A stretch of DNA of 64,000 bases from Psilocybe cubensis (taxonomy: Eukaryota), in contig CM038998.1 of NCBI GenBank assembly GCA_017499595.2, forward strand, positions 2,790,001 through 2,854,000, read 5' to 3'. A program made the translations under genes and the position numbers. Shown in pieces: positions 23,756-35,982 of this stretch (within the stretch, counting starts at the first letter, position 1; each line of letters begins with the position of its first letter). The notes beneath the pieces are model-generated. The model saw only the letters and a list, made by a program, of their open reading frames with translations. It made no database searches and was not told where the DNA came from.

Positions 23756-25766
23756 TTACGCGTATTCGAGGATTTCGGTGACAAGGCCAGTTCCGACTAA
23801 ATTATAATTCAGTATACACAACAGTGCTAAAAAGGAAACAAACGTACTGGTCTTGTTAGCCTCACGCAGGGTGAATCTACAGATTGAATATGAGAGTATG
23901 AACACCAGACATAGCGATATATACTGACCGGGTACCAACTTCAAGTGCAACGTCGAAGACAAGGTTGCAAACCATCTCAACGTTGTCACCGGGCATTACC
24001 TATGAAAGAATGAAAAACACTGCGGAAGCCAAAACGAGGATATACATACCATCTTCTCATCGGCATCAGGGGTGCCTTCAGGGAAGGTAAGGGAAGCAGT
24101 GATATCGGCGGTACGGATGAAGCACTGGGGCCTGTAGTTAGCCATGAAAGGAGTGTAGCGACCACCTGGTTAACTAGTTAGCACATCCATTCCGTGAGGC
24201 CATGGGTTGTCAGCGAACCTTCATCCTTGGTGAGGATCTATTTGGCAGTCAGTGAGCAGTACTACAACTGGGGAAATCAACTTACATAGAGCTGTGCCTT
24301 GAACTTCTTAGCAGCCTTGATGGTTCCAGCAACAGCGAGGACTTGTCCACGACGGATTTGCTCACGCTTGATACCACGGAGTAAAGCACCCATGTTATCA
24401 CCAGCCTCGGCCTAAAATCGTTGAGGAGATTTTCAGTATTCAATAAAACATCAACATACACGGTCGAGTTCCTTGTGGAACATTTCTGTTGTACGAAAAT
24501 ATTGTTAGAAAAGAAGATAAATCAGCACTATACATAACTAACCAATGCCAGTAAGAGTTGTCTTGAGGTTAGAACCAAATCCAATAATTTCAACGTCAGA
24601 TCCCTTTGCAGCAACACCACGCTCGACCTGGAAAATGTATTGAAAAAACAGAACACGAGGACAGAAAATATCATCTTACGCGTCCAGTGGCAACAGTTCC
24701 ACGACCAGAGATGGAGAAAACATCTTCGATAGGCATCAAGAAAGGCTTCTCAAGGTCACCTGTAAACAAAAAAAAACATCAATTTGTTCCTCTTACGTTG
24801 ATTATATGCCTAACTTACGTGCAGGTTGGTCAAGCCATTCATCGCAGGCCTTGGTGAGCTCAAGAATCTTGTTCATGCCACGTTCATCATCGCGTCCCTC
24901 GAGAGCTGCAAGAGCAGATCCCATAATGATGGGGGTGTTTTCGCCATCGAAATCATAGGTAGTCAAGAGTTCACGCATTTCCATGTCCACGAGTTCCAGC
25001 ATTTCAGGGTCCGAGATTTGGTCAACCTTGTTGATGAAAACCACAAGTTTCTTGATACCGACTTGACGAGCGAGGAGCAAATGTTCACGAGTTTGGGGCA
25101 TTTGACCATCCGTAGCAGATACGACAATAATGGCGCCGTCCATTTGGGCGGCACCGGTGATCATGTTTTTAATGTCTGTAAAAACATTGAGAAAGAGAAT
25201 ACAGTGTCTAAAAGGAAAACCACTGACAATCAGCGTGTCCCGGGCAGTCAATGTGACCATAGTGGCGATTAGCAGTTTCATATTCGACGTGTGACGAGTT
25301 GATAGTGATACCACGAGCCTTTTCTTCAGGTGCCTTGTCAATTTGGTTGTAGTCGGTGAACTTGGCGCCTCCCTGGGCAGCAAGAACCTTGGTGATAGCA
25401 GCAGTCAAGGTGGTTTTACCGTGGTCGACGTGACCTGGATTCAGAGGTCAACAACGGGCGCGAGTGGGTCGAACCGGAAAGCATACCAATGGTTCCAATG
25501 TTCATGTGAGGCTTGCTTCGCGAGAATTGCTCAGCGTATCCTCTTTTTGAGACTACCAAGAAAATGTTAAAGCAATTTCAACATTGAAAAGCGTCGCGAC
25601 AGACCTGTGTTGACAGTCGAGGGCATGCGTTGGCGAACGCATGCGGAGACAAGTGAGGCTAGAAAGCGCGTAAGATTACTTGTTGATTTGGGACCTAACA
25701 CTGGAACTTACAGCGTGCAGAGAATAGCGCACGGGAAACAGCTCTACACGAAGTGAGCGGAATCAT
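23756..25766 (-). CDS. TUF1: Mitochondrial elongation factor Tu
   Basis: [67 protein letters not shown]. Many short introns. Confidence 0.95.
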
Positions 25767-25907
25767 GGTGTCGACTGGCGAACGAGAGGGTTCCTTTGCA
25801 ATTTTTGTTTCCTCACTTATGAGCGGCAAACCGCGGCAAATTCCGGCTTCATACGGACACCGAGCTTATGGTTAGGGTTTCCGACTACTTCTCTTTCTCC
25901 GGCTACT

Positions 25908-26995
25908 ATGTCTACCCCAGATCGTCAAGAACTTATCAACAATGCGGTAGCCTTTCTTGCAGACCCAAAGGCTCGTTTTCTGTTCTCTTGGTGTACCCGT
26001 GTGCTAACTTTTGGCCGCAGACCCAAGCATCGCCTGTAACCCAAAGAATACAGTTCTTGGAGGCAAAGGGGCTATCACCACAAGAAATTGACCTGGCCAT
26101 GAAGCAGGCTGCTTTTGCAGGCTCGAGTCGTGTCCAATACGCAAACCAATACTCTCCCAATCCATATGCTGTTGCACCTTTGCCACGACAGCGTTGGGAT
26201 TGGAGAGACTACTTCGTAAGTGTCCTGCCGGTGAATAACACGTGCATGCATAGCTCAACGAGAAACAGATCACTGCTGTGGTTTCTGGAGCAGTGACATA
26301 CAGCGCAGTGACATTATTTAAGGTGCGTGGATGGCTACGGTATAACCTTCCCAATTAACACTTCTAGCAGAAGTACCTGCTGCCCCATCTCCAACCTCCA
26401 ACCTCTACCGCTTATGAAGAAGACCGGGACGCGCTTACAGCTCAGTTCGATGCAGCGGAAGCCCTACTGAAAGAGATTCAAAACGAAACCGCGGCTGTTC
26501 GAGCTGCAGTTGAAGAACAAAAGGACCGGATTGATCAGACTACTGAAGATGTCAAGGCGGTTGTAGTGGAGTTAAGAGACGGTGAAAGCAAGACGCGTGA
26601 CGAAATGCGCGAAATACGCGAAGAAGTCAATAACATCCGCGAGATGCTGCCCAAGGTACGCTGTTGTTTCGTTGGTCGCTGTACTTCTGACTGAACACGA
26701 TGATGTGCATCAGATGATAGAAAAGAATAAAGAGTCCCAGAATCAATCGCTGGCCGAACTGCAACAGGAGCTCAAGTCTCTGAAAGCTCTGCTGCTAAGT
26801 CGTGCGCCAACATCAGCCACAAGCACGCCTTCATCTCCATTGCCCTTGTTGGGAAGACCGTCAATACCAGCTTGGCAATTAGCTACTTCTCCTCAGCCCG
26901 GTGGAAATGAAACATCTGTATCGACATCTGCCTCTTCCTCTTCAACCACTCCTTTTGCATCTAATACCAACGGCAAAGGCAAGGAGGCAGAGTAG
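25908..26995 (+). CDS. PEX14: Peroxisomal membrane docking protein Pex14
   Basis: RQELINNAVAFLADP..SPVTQRIQFLEAKGLSPQEI, WDWRDYF, coiled coil LQQELKSLKALL, SIPAWQL. Confidence 0.9.
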
Positions 26996-27161
26996 AGTGC
27001 GGATTGGTGTATCTACTCTTCATATATCGTGTTTTAATGTACATCTTATAACATTGTACTATTCAGCACTCATGTAAACCAGAGGTCAATTAAAGGAACT
27101 CACACGTGGGAAATCATGTTGATGGGGTCAATACTTCGGCGATAATAGAATATGATGTACA

Positions 27162-27508
27162 CACGCCGGACAAAAATGCTGACCAGTTAGCCTGGGTGTT
27201 GTCCTGACCAGTGACGTGACTAGTACCGTGACCAATTACATAGTGTCACACATATGTTGTCACGCTAATTCATTATTAGTAGGCTCGACAATAAATGGCA
27301 AATTACTTGATTGTCTTGCGTTGTAATTCAGTGCTGAGTAAGAAGAAATATTAAACAATCAAGTAATATGTCATTTACTATTGATCCTACTAATAATGAA
27401 TTAGCGTGACAACATAATGTGTGACACCATGAAATTGGTCACGGTACTAGTCACGTCACTGGTCAGGACAACACCCAGGCTAACTGGTCAGCATTTTTGT
27501 CCGGCGTG
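27162..27508. mobile_element. 347-bp foldback MITE (non-autonomous DNA transposon; CACG termini, 3-bp TSD, CACTA/CMC-like)
   Basis: Inverted arms of about 153 bp (27162-27314 and 27356-27508), outer 76 bp perfect. ACA duplicated at 27159-27161 and 27509-27511. No ORF. Confidence 0.85.
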
Positions 27509-27597
27509 ACAGGGTAACGCAACGCCAGTGCTGCGTTTACCAACGCGCTATAACCTTTTCTTCACCCCTTCAGCAGGATCCGACCTAAGTTGAGGCC

Positions 27598-30500
27598 ATG
27601 TTCAGCCAATTTCGAAATGCCGTCGAACAGCTTGCACAGCAGCCAATTCGTGTCTTGGAGGGCTCGTCACCTGAAAGCACTCCCGCCGAGCATACCACGC
27701 CGTCCCGCTCTCAGTCACTAGACATTCAAGCCAACCGATCTGCTTCCCCTTTATCTTCTACCCAGCTAGCTGAATCTGCGATTTCATCTCTGCGTAAATC
27801 ATTTGCCTCACAAAGAATTGGTGGTGCGAGTTCATCACCATCTCCCAAAGCAAACACACCGGAGCCTGCAGCGCCCGCTCCGAGAAAGTCTAATTTAGAG
27901 GAGCGCCTGCGTCGTGCTACATTTGCTATTGGCGAAGCGTCCGGATCTTCTACACCTCAGCACCCAAGCCGAGTCGCTTCCCCTTCTCCGATGGGTAGAA
28001 ACCGCAAACCCAAGCCTGAACAATCCGCTTCGTCGACACCACCTTCTGCCTCTCCGTCTGTCACTACAGCACTCGAAGCCGAAAAGAAACTCGACCAATC
28101 ATCTGACATACCTGTAGGAGATACGGAGGTCTCTACTGCTCAACCACCTTCTGACGCTAAAGAGGCTGCAACTGACTCCAAGCCTAGCAACATTGAAAAA
28201 CCTGTCGCAACTGAAACTATTGCAACACAAACTACTGCTGAAACTGCTGCGACCACCACAAATGTTATCGAATCTTCTGAGGATCCTTTGGGCATAGCAA
28301 AACCAGACGAATCTATTCCTTGCCCTCCAGAGGAAACTCCGGCAATATCCAACCTAGAGAGCAAAGAAGAAACGAGTGTGTCGAATATAGATGACAACGT
28401 ACCACCGACACCCGCGACTACTCTCACAGTGGAAACCTCGGCCTCTCTGGAACCTGACGAAGGGGTTAGCATTGAAGTCGCCTCAGAAGAGACAAAGGGT
28501 AAAGAGATTACCGCGGAATCTACATCTGTGGTAACTGCACAGCATGAAGGAACGTCCAAATCTGCGGACGCAGATGACACGAAGGAAGTAACACCAACAG
28601 TAGACTCTGGCCTTCCAGAGAATTCAAAATCCACACCTGAAATTGCAGCTGAAGACCGAAAGGAGGTTAAAACTTTAGACGATTCGTCTGAAATAGTTAC
28701 CATTCCCGCAGCAGTCGACTCTCCGTTGGAGGATTTGTCTTCCCCTCCCCAACCTGAAGCTACCAATGTTGTCGCCGCTGAAACCCGCGGTGAAGAAGCT
28801 TCATCACCTTCAGCAGAGCAGTCATCCACAGTTCCCCCGGTCGTTGATCGCACTGCCGAAGTTGAGAGTTTACAGGCTAGACTGGTCTTAATTGAACAGC
28901 GTTTCTCAGGTATGTCATTTATCCTTTAGGGAAAACATATGACTGGAGCTTCGATGTAGATGTTTCTGCTTCATTTAAGCGCCTTCAGGCCGAAAAAGTG
29001 GCTGCAGATGCGATCCTGAGAGAGTCATCCCCTTTGGAAAGTATAAATGATGCAAATGCTCTTCGAGAGTTTTTCGATAACCTTAAAATAAAAGACGAGG
29101 TAGGCCAGAAAAAGCTTCGGCTCACTTTCGATTCTGAACCTTTTACGATAGGTTTACCAAGAGGAACTCAAGCGCTTGAATCAAAAGCTCGAAGGTGAGT
29201 CATTGGTAAATGATTTTCCAGAAGACTCAATGAATCTCGATGTAGTTCAAGAGGCGCGATTTGCAGAAGTGCGCGAAATACACAAATTAGAGACACATTC
29301 TCTCACAGATGAGGTGAAAAAAATTCGCAACCAACTCGATGAAACCGAAGCCCTCTTTCAAGCTGCCCAGAGAGCCACGAGCCATGCAGAAGAAGCCGTC
29401 GATAAGCAAAAGGAGGACTTTGCCCGTCTACAGAAGGAAGTTGAAGCGGCGAAAAACACGGCCAAAGAAGAGGAAGAAAAGCGCGTGAAGGCCATCAGTT
29501 TGCTAAAAACTGTCAGGCAGAAGCTCGTCAAAGCTGAAAAGGACAAAGAGGATGCTATGAAAGAGATTGCGGCCATCAAGGAGCGAGAAAAAAACGAGAA
29601 GAATCAAGAGCAGATTGACAGGTTGAATTTCCAACAAGAGCTGGAGGCCGTGCAAACTAAACATGACGAAGCTGTTGCCAACCTGAAAGCACAGTTTGCA
29701 AAAGAGATGACAAGTACGAAGGAACGTTATGAACAAGAGATAAACGCTTTACGAGGTCAGATGGAGTTGGATGTGGCATCTTCAAAAGTAAATATCAAGT
29801 CAGATATTCACTTTCCTTGCTTATTTATGTTGCATCTTCCAGGCAACTCATATCAAAGAAATTGGTACCAAAAACTCTCAAATTACAACCCTTGAGACTT
29901 CTCTTAACAACGTCACCCGTGATAAAAATGCGTTCTTCGATCAGTTACAACTTCGACAGGCAGAATTAGAGTCTGCACAAGGACATCTTGAATCATTACA
30001 ACACGAAAATGCCGAACTTCAGTTCCAACTTAGGGAATCGACAGACCGTCTTTCTCTTCTGAAGGAAGAGTACTCGGAACTCCTCCGCGAACACGACTCT
30101 CGTTCCCGCGATCCCGTTACCTCTGCGGACGAGGTCGCCCGAATGGTATCAGCCACTGAAGTCAAGTACGAGGCAAAACTTGCCGAGATGAAGAGGAACA
30201 TCGCTATTCTCGAGAAAGAACGTGCGGAAGGTGAAGCTGACTGGAGCAAGAAGCTGAAAGAGAAAGTTAAGGAATTGGAGGATACAAAACGAATTCTTGG
30301 CTCTGCAGCCAGAAACCGAGAGGCAGATGAAAATGCTGTTGCTGTTCTCAGAGCAGACCTTGCACATGCCCATGAAATGAACCAAAAACTTCAAAAGCAG
30401 GTGTCTGAGCTCCCTCATTTGCAAGAGCAGATCCAAGAACTTCAAGTGTGTATTTAATCTGAGTTTTCGTTTTCCTTTGTTGCTTATCTCACGGTTTCAG

Positions 30501-31072
30501 AAAGCTGCTAAGGACCAGGAGGAAGAAATCAGTGTCAAGATCTCTGTCCTTGAGAAACAGATCGAGGAGAGCAAATCGCGTGAAGCACAGCTAAAACAAG
30601 CAAATAAGGTGTGTAAGCATGTGTAACTGTTTAAAACTTTATATTTATTTACCTATCAATGATAGACTCTTCGGGAAGAGCTACGCAAAGTGCAGTCCTC
30701 AGCTGCGTTGTTGGAACGTCAGCGCAATCCAGGTGTTGGGTACTGGACTACTCGAGCACCGGAGAACGGTGGTTCTGCTGACGGTCGCCGGCCATCTGTG
30801 TCAACACCTCCCCCAGAGACGCCAGCGCGAGTATCATCTCCTGCCCCTAGCACGACTTCTAATAAGAACGAAGAGGAAGTCAATTTGGAATATCTCAGGA
30901 ACGTCATTCTTCAATTCTTGGAGCACAAGGAAATGAGAGTAAGTAAAAGTAACAGCCTCCAAAACATTACAGCGTGATTTAACTATTTTCTTAGCCGAAC
31001 CTTGTCAAAGTTCTGTCTATTATATTGCATTTCACGCCTCAAGAAACTCGCAGGCTAATTGCCAAGGTGTAA
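27598..31072 (+). CDS. GRIP-domain golgin (Imh1-like)
   Basis: Acidic low-complexity N-terminus, long coiled coil, C-terminal GRIP motif NLEYLRNVILQFLE..LVKVLSIILHFTPQE. Confidence 0.85.
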
Positions 31073-31305
31073 CTATGCAGTCGACTTCATCGCTTCCGAA
31101 ATTCAAGTGTGATAGATAGCATTTGGTTTACTATAGCATATATATACCCCTGTACGCATTCATTCATCTGTCCACTAATCATAGTTTAAATCGTAATTAC
31201 ATATATTACACAGATTCTTCTTTTTGTGTCATCACGACCTAATTAAATTCCAGAGATGGTAGGGTGTTTGTGAAGTGGCCAAGATTAATCGCAGCCAATG
31301 GAAGA

Positions 31306-33054
31306 TCAAACGCCCGGCTCTTGGTAAGGAGGAAGGTCGCTGTCGTCCCCTTTGTCCTTAGGGGGGACGGCTGGACCAGAGCCTCCAGCATGAAGAAGAC
31401 GCTCCCGTTCTTCGCGTTCAAGTCTCTTTTTTTCCTCTTCCGCGGTTTCCTGGTGAGGTGCCTGCGCAGGCGCAACTGAAGGTATAGGCATGTTCGTTGG
31501 ATTGGAATTCGTGCCACCTGGTGCTTGGGAGTACGCAGCAGCAAGACGTCTCTTCTCTTCTTCCGCAGATTCATGCCTAGGAATCGGTGAAGCGACGGGA
31601 TGCTGGCCGTAAGGGGGTACGATGCTTTCGTTCCCTGGTAATCCACCGGACCGAGGGCCAGCATCTGAGGATGCATGCTTGATATCATGAAGAGACCCAC
31701 TCGCAGGTCCAGGACCTTCGGGGCCAGCTGATAGCGGCATTCCGGTTTCGGCTACTGTTGGAAGAGGCGCGACGGGACCGTCAGACGAGGTTGGTGCTGC
31801 TAACGGAGGCGAAACCGATGTGATGGGAGCAGGAGCCTGGTTAAGAGCATGTGGATTGATTGGAGGGGGTGAACTTGACTGTGACGCAGAACCAGTAGAT
31901 TTGTTCGGTGAATGAGACACTGAAGGGACATCAGAATGAATCCTGGATAGTTCCTTTGCATGGCTTTCGCCAAAGCTGCGAGTATCTGATCTGCTTAGAT
32001 CCGATGCGGTAGTTTGAGCGGGAAGATTAATATGTCCAGTCTTGTAGTTGTCCAAAGCACGTTGGAGAGACGCGCGAATAGCACCTGTAGTTTGGGCACC
32101 ACTGTAAGGTAAAGTGGGGCTGGGAGGAATCGTTGGTAACACGGCGATAATGGGGGAGGCTGCTTGAGAGAGGAGCACAAGTTTCTCTCCATACTATACG
32201 GAAAACCGAAAGTTAATGTAGCATAGGCCAAACAAGTCAATCAGACTTTACCTCTCTGATCGCATCCCACTTGATTTGTTCGCTTTCCCTGACAGCCTTC
32301 CGTTTTAAGAGTTCGACCTCTTTTTCTAGTGGCTGATCGTCCAACTCGGCTTTGCGTAGCTGGTCGCGAACCTCCGCGATTCGCTTGTCGCCCCCTTTCT
32401 GTTGTTCGTGTTCTAAACGAGCGATCTGAGTCTGGAAGCCTGCGCGTATGTTTCTACGGGGTTGCAGACTCGCTTCCGCGTCTCGAAGAGCCTTCAAAGG
32501 GGCGCGAGCGGCATCAAGCTTAGCTGACAGAGAGCTAGCGAGAGAACCTTGGACAAAGTTGAGATAAGCAAGCCTGTCAGTTACTGTGTGCGATCGCAAT
32601 CAGATAAACGACAACTAAATAGTCGGTGATGTACGTACCATCTTTGAGATCTTCGGCCTCCGATTGACCCCAAGTATAGAGTTCTTTGCTTTGCGCCTTG
32701 GAATTGCGCGATACACTGTCGAAATCGATAGCCAGACCCTTTTCAACTGTGATGATCTTCTGGACAGGGGTTGTGGTGCTGTGGTGTGTTGGTGAGCATA
32801 TCCATCTGAACAGACGCGGAGAACACGCACGAATACTGTTGCTGAAAAGATCTGAGCTGATACTGGAGGCTCTCGAGAGTGTGCGATTTGGCTCCACCCT
32901 GAGCTGCGGCATCGTTTGCACTGGGCTGGGTGGCAGGATCTGGACTAGATGCGCGATGCTGGAGACTGGCTGGGATGTGGGCGGCGAGGGGGGTGGCATT
33001 TATGGCATTCTGAGCCTTGTCTGCAAAGGAGGCAAGGAAACCGGGGACTGGCAT
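31306..33054 (-). CDS. Eisosome Pil1/Lsp1-like BAR-domain protein with Pro-rich tail
   Basis: QKIITVEK, SKELYTWGQSEAEDLKDVTDRLAYL, LKALRDAEASLQPRR, KRKAVRES; C-terminal LPPY. Confidence 0.7.
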
Positions 33055-33181
33055 GGTTGCGAGGGGACTGGGAGATGGATGAGATTGTAAGGTAAATGGA
33101 GGATTATATAGTGCAGACTACTAGTCACGACGTCATAATCTTGGTAGGTACAGCAATGATAAACATATGTAAACACAGCCT

Positions 33182-34305
33182 CTAGACAATCAATTTCTTT
33201 GGTTTGCCCTTTTTCTCAGAGTCTTTGTGCGACAGAAATTCAACTTCAGTCGCAAGTGGTCCTGCAAGTCGTGCGCCTTCAGGATATCCGAGCACACTCG
33301 TCTTGAAGTGCTTTCCTACGCCCTCAATGCGTTCTCGTAGAATAGTGTTCGCCTCGTCGTCCGAGGCAGACGGCGCCAAGCGCGTCCATATCGAAAGTCG
33401 GTAGAACTGCGGTCGTGTCGATACGATGACTCCCGTGATTAACGACGCAGAACTACTGCCATCCGCAGGTGCGGGTGACGGGTCAAAGGTCTCGCCAATC
33501 GCAGCGAGCATCTGCGAACAGCATGAGGACATATTATGATGGGGCTGTGCTGGGACTAGTCCGTACCGTATACAGCCACATTTTATCAACTTGGCCGCGA
33601 TTTTTATCTTTTGGCAGCTGAATACTCCATTTGCCACCGTTCTTGTTTGCTTCGTCCTCCCAGGCAGGGATGATACCATCCTAGGAGGGGGTTGTCAGCC
33701 TGTGCGCTGGACAGCAACATCGATGTCGATTCACCTTGAACAGATAATAATTGGCCTTTTGAGGAAGTTGCGAAGGTGGTATGATATTGTTGTACAAGCT
33801 AAGGTGATGTCATTAGTCAACAACCCGTTAGGCAAAGGAAATCACAGATGATGCCCACCCCCAAAATTCCTCTACACTATCAAAACTGATTACGCGCTTG
33901 ATATCCTCCATCCAGCCCTGTGCAGCAGCAACGCCGGGGGTCTGGGGGATGACAGGGGTCTGTGGAAACGCTGACACAGGTGTTTGTGGCATGTTGCGAC
34001 CTTTAGTTGCGGGTGAGTCAAACCAGAGGGTCCATGGAGAGTACAAAGGGTGCTGCATGATGCGACTGAGTAACAAAGCGGGCAGTAGCACCAAGAAAAC
34101 AGTCTACCTTGACGTTGAAGTTGGAAGGATCGCTGAAAACGGTTCTGATTCCCTCAGCCTGGGCCTGCATATCGACTTCTTGGATCTCCCCGGATTCCAA
34201 ATCATCATTCTCAGAGGTGACAGGAGGGTGGTCAGCAAGCGCGGCAGAGAGCGCAGCTCTCGACGCTTGGAGTGCGGGGCCGGTCAGAGTGGAAGTTGCG
34301 CTCAT
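33182..34305 (-). CDS. eIF4E: Cap-binding translation initiation factor eIF4E
   Basis: HPLYSPWTLWFD, FDSVEEFWG, NYYLFK..IIPAWED..NKNGGKW, MLAAIGETF, GVIVSTR..YRLSIWT. Confidence 0.92.
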
Positions 34306-34675
34306 GATGATATTCTATGCAAAAAGAAAAGACAAAAAAGGGACAGTGATGCAATAAGACGGAAGATAGTAGAATTCGCTGTCGCGATAAGAAGACGATG
34401 TGTGCGAATTACAGATATTAAAGATACGGAGGGGATTTTGGGCAGATATGGGAAAGTTGGAGAAATAAAGGCGCTGGTCGCGGTTTCGTGGTTTTGGTGA
34501 GAGTGAACAGATCCAATGATTTTTGTTTAGCAAGTGCACGTGATGGTTGCGGCATTTCGGAGATTATATTTATCAGATAAGCAACTCCACATTTACAGCT
34601 TCCGACTTTGCCGTCCCGTCTCGCATGCCACCCTCTTTCTCTTCCACCATTCTCTTCTGAATTTTTTCCTGTTGA

Positions 34676-35848
34676 ATGGATGCCTTCCAGGCGAAGCTCG
34701 TCGCAGCGGCGACTGGCTCGACCTTGACTGCATTAACCAGTCCGTGCTTCCTTGTTTTCGCCCTTTTTTTACTGACAACCACCCAGTGACCCCATTCGAC
34801 CTGGTAAAGACCCGGCTGCAGACCCAGCCCCCCGAGACACGTCCTCTCTTCCCTCGTCCACCCGTTAACACCTGTTGCCAACCAAACAATGCAGCTTCGT
34901 GTGTTAGAAACATGTCCTCGATGGCCAGAACGTTACCCGCAGAGGTCGTCTGCGTGTGGGAAGGCGGTCTGTTCAAGACCGAGCGTGTAAACGGCTTTTT
35001 CGATGCATTCAAACATGTCGCTAGGGCAGAAGGCGTACGAGGTCTCTGGAAGGGCGCCGGCACGACTCTGTACGCTTCGTAACCATTTTTTCGCTCTCAA
35101 GGTTTCTGATCCGGCCTATTTTTATGTTCCAGTGTCATTGGTGTTCCCTCTTCCTCGGCTTACATTCTCACATATGACCATCTCCTGAATGTCATGCTAC
35201 CACCTCTAATACCCTCGCAGACCATGGTACCTCTTTTCGCTGGTGTTATAGCTCGATCTGCTATAACTTCAATAATGTCGCCGTTGGAACTTCTCCGTAC
35301 CAACTTGCAGTCAACTCCTCTCTCGGCAGACAACCCGCACACCGTGCGCTCAGTGCTGAATTCATTTCGCACTCTGGTCCAGCAACAAGGTTTTACTAGT
35401 TTATGGCGCGGCCTCGGTCCTACATTATGGCGAGACGTCCCGTTTTCTGGTTTCTATTGGGCGAGCTACGAAACATGGAAGCGCAATTTTGGAAAATATG
35501 GTTACTCTGGAGCTTGGGTTGCTTTCCTTAGTGGTGCTATTAGTGGAACTTCTGCAGCATTGATTACTTCGCCCTTCGATGTGCTCAAGACGCGGAGACA
35601 GGCTCTCATAATGTCATCCTCTAACCACCATGTTACGCGCACATTGCCACTTCTTGTTCAGCTTATTCGTGCCGAGGGAACATCAGCCTTGTTTACTGGT
35701 CTCACCCCGCGCATTGCCAAAATTGCCCCTGCCTGTGGCATCATGATTGCCTGCTTCGAGGTGTGTTTAATCTACTCTACAATCTTTCTACGCATCGCTC
35801 ACCTGTCGTGGATAGGGCGTCGGTAAATTCCTCACAAAACCGTCATAA
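34676..35848 (+). CDS. Mitochondrial carrier, MTM1/SLC25A39-40-like
   Basis: Three carrier signatures PFDLVKTRLQ, PLELLRTNLQ and PFDVLKTRRQ; Cys-containing first matrix loop; RDVPFSG; KIAPAC. Confidence 0.88.
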
Positions 35849-35982
35849 CGTTGACTCTACTCCTACGCCCCCATCTTGTTGTTATATAGACTACACTAAA
35901 TGATCCACCCTGTAATATTAACCTGTTCTGTAGAGCACGACTAACTACATACACATTACACCCATCCTCTGTACATACATCC

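Noticed and set aside
27162-27508. Hairpin considered as a structural ncRNA, CRISPR-like array or solo LTR
   Set aside because: No repeat-spacer periodicity and no similarity to the 142-bp LTR beyond short GTCAC words; TIRs plus a TSD fit a MITE.
28140-28853. 237-aa antisense ORF in the golgin gene (similar ones at 36263-36799 and 37737-38384)
   Set aside because: Mirror of low-complexity sense coding sequence; no start or splice context and no domain.
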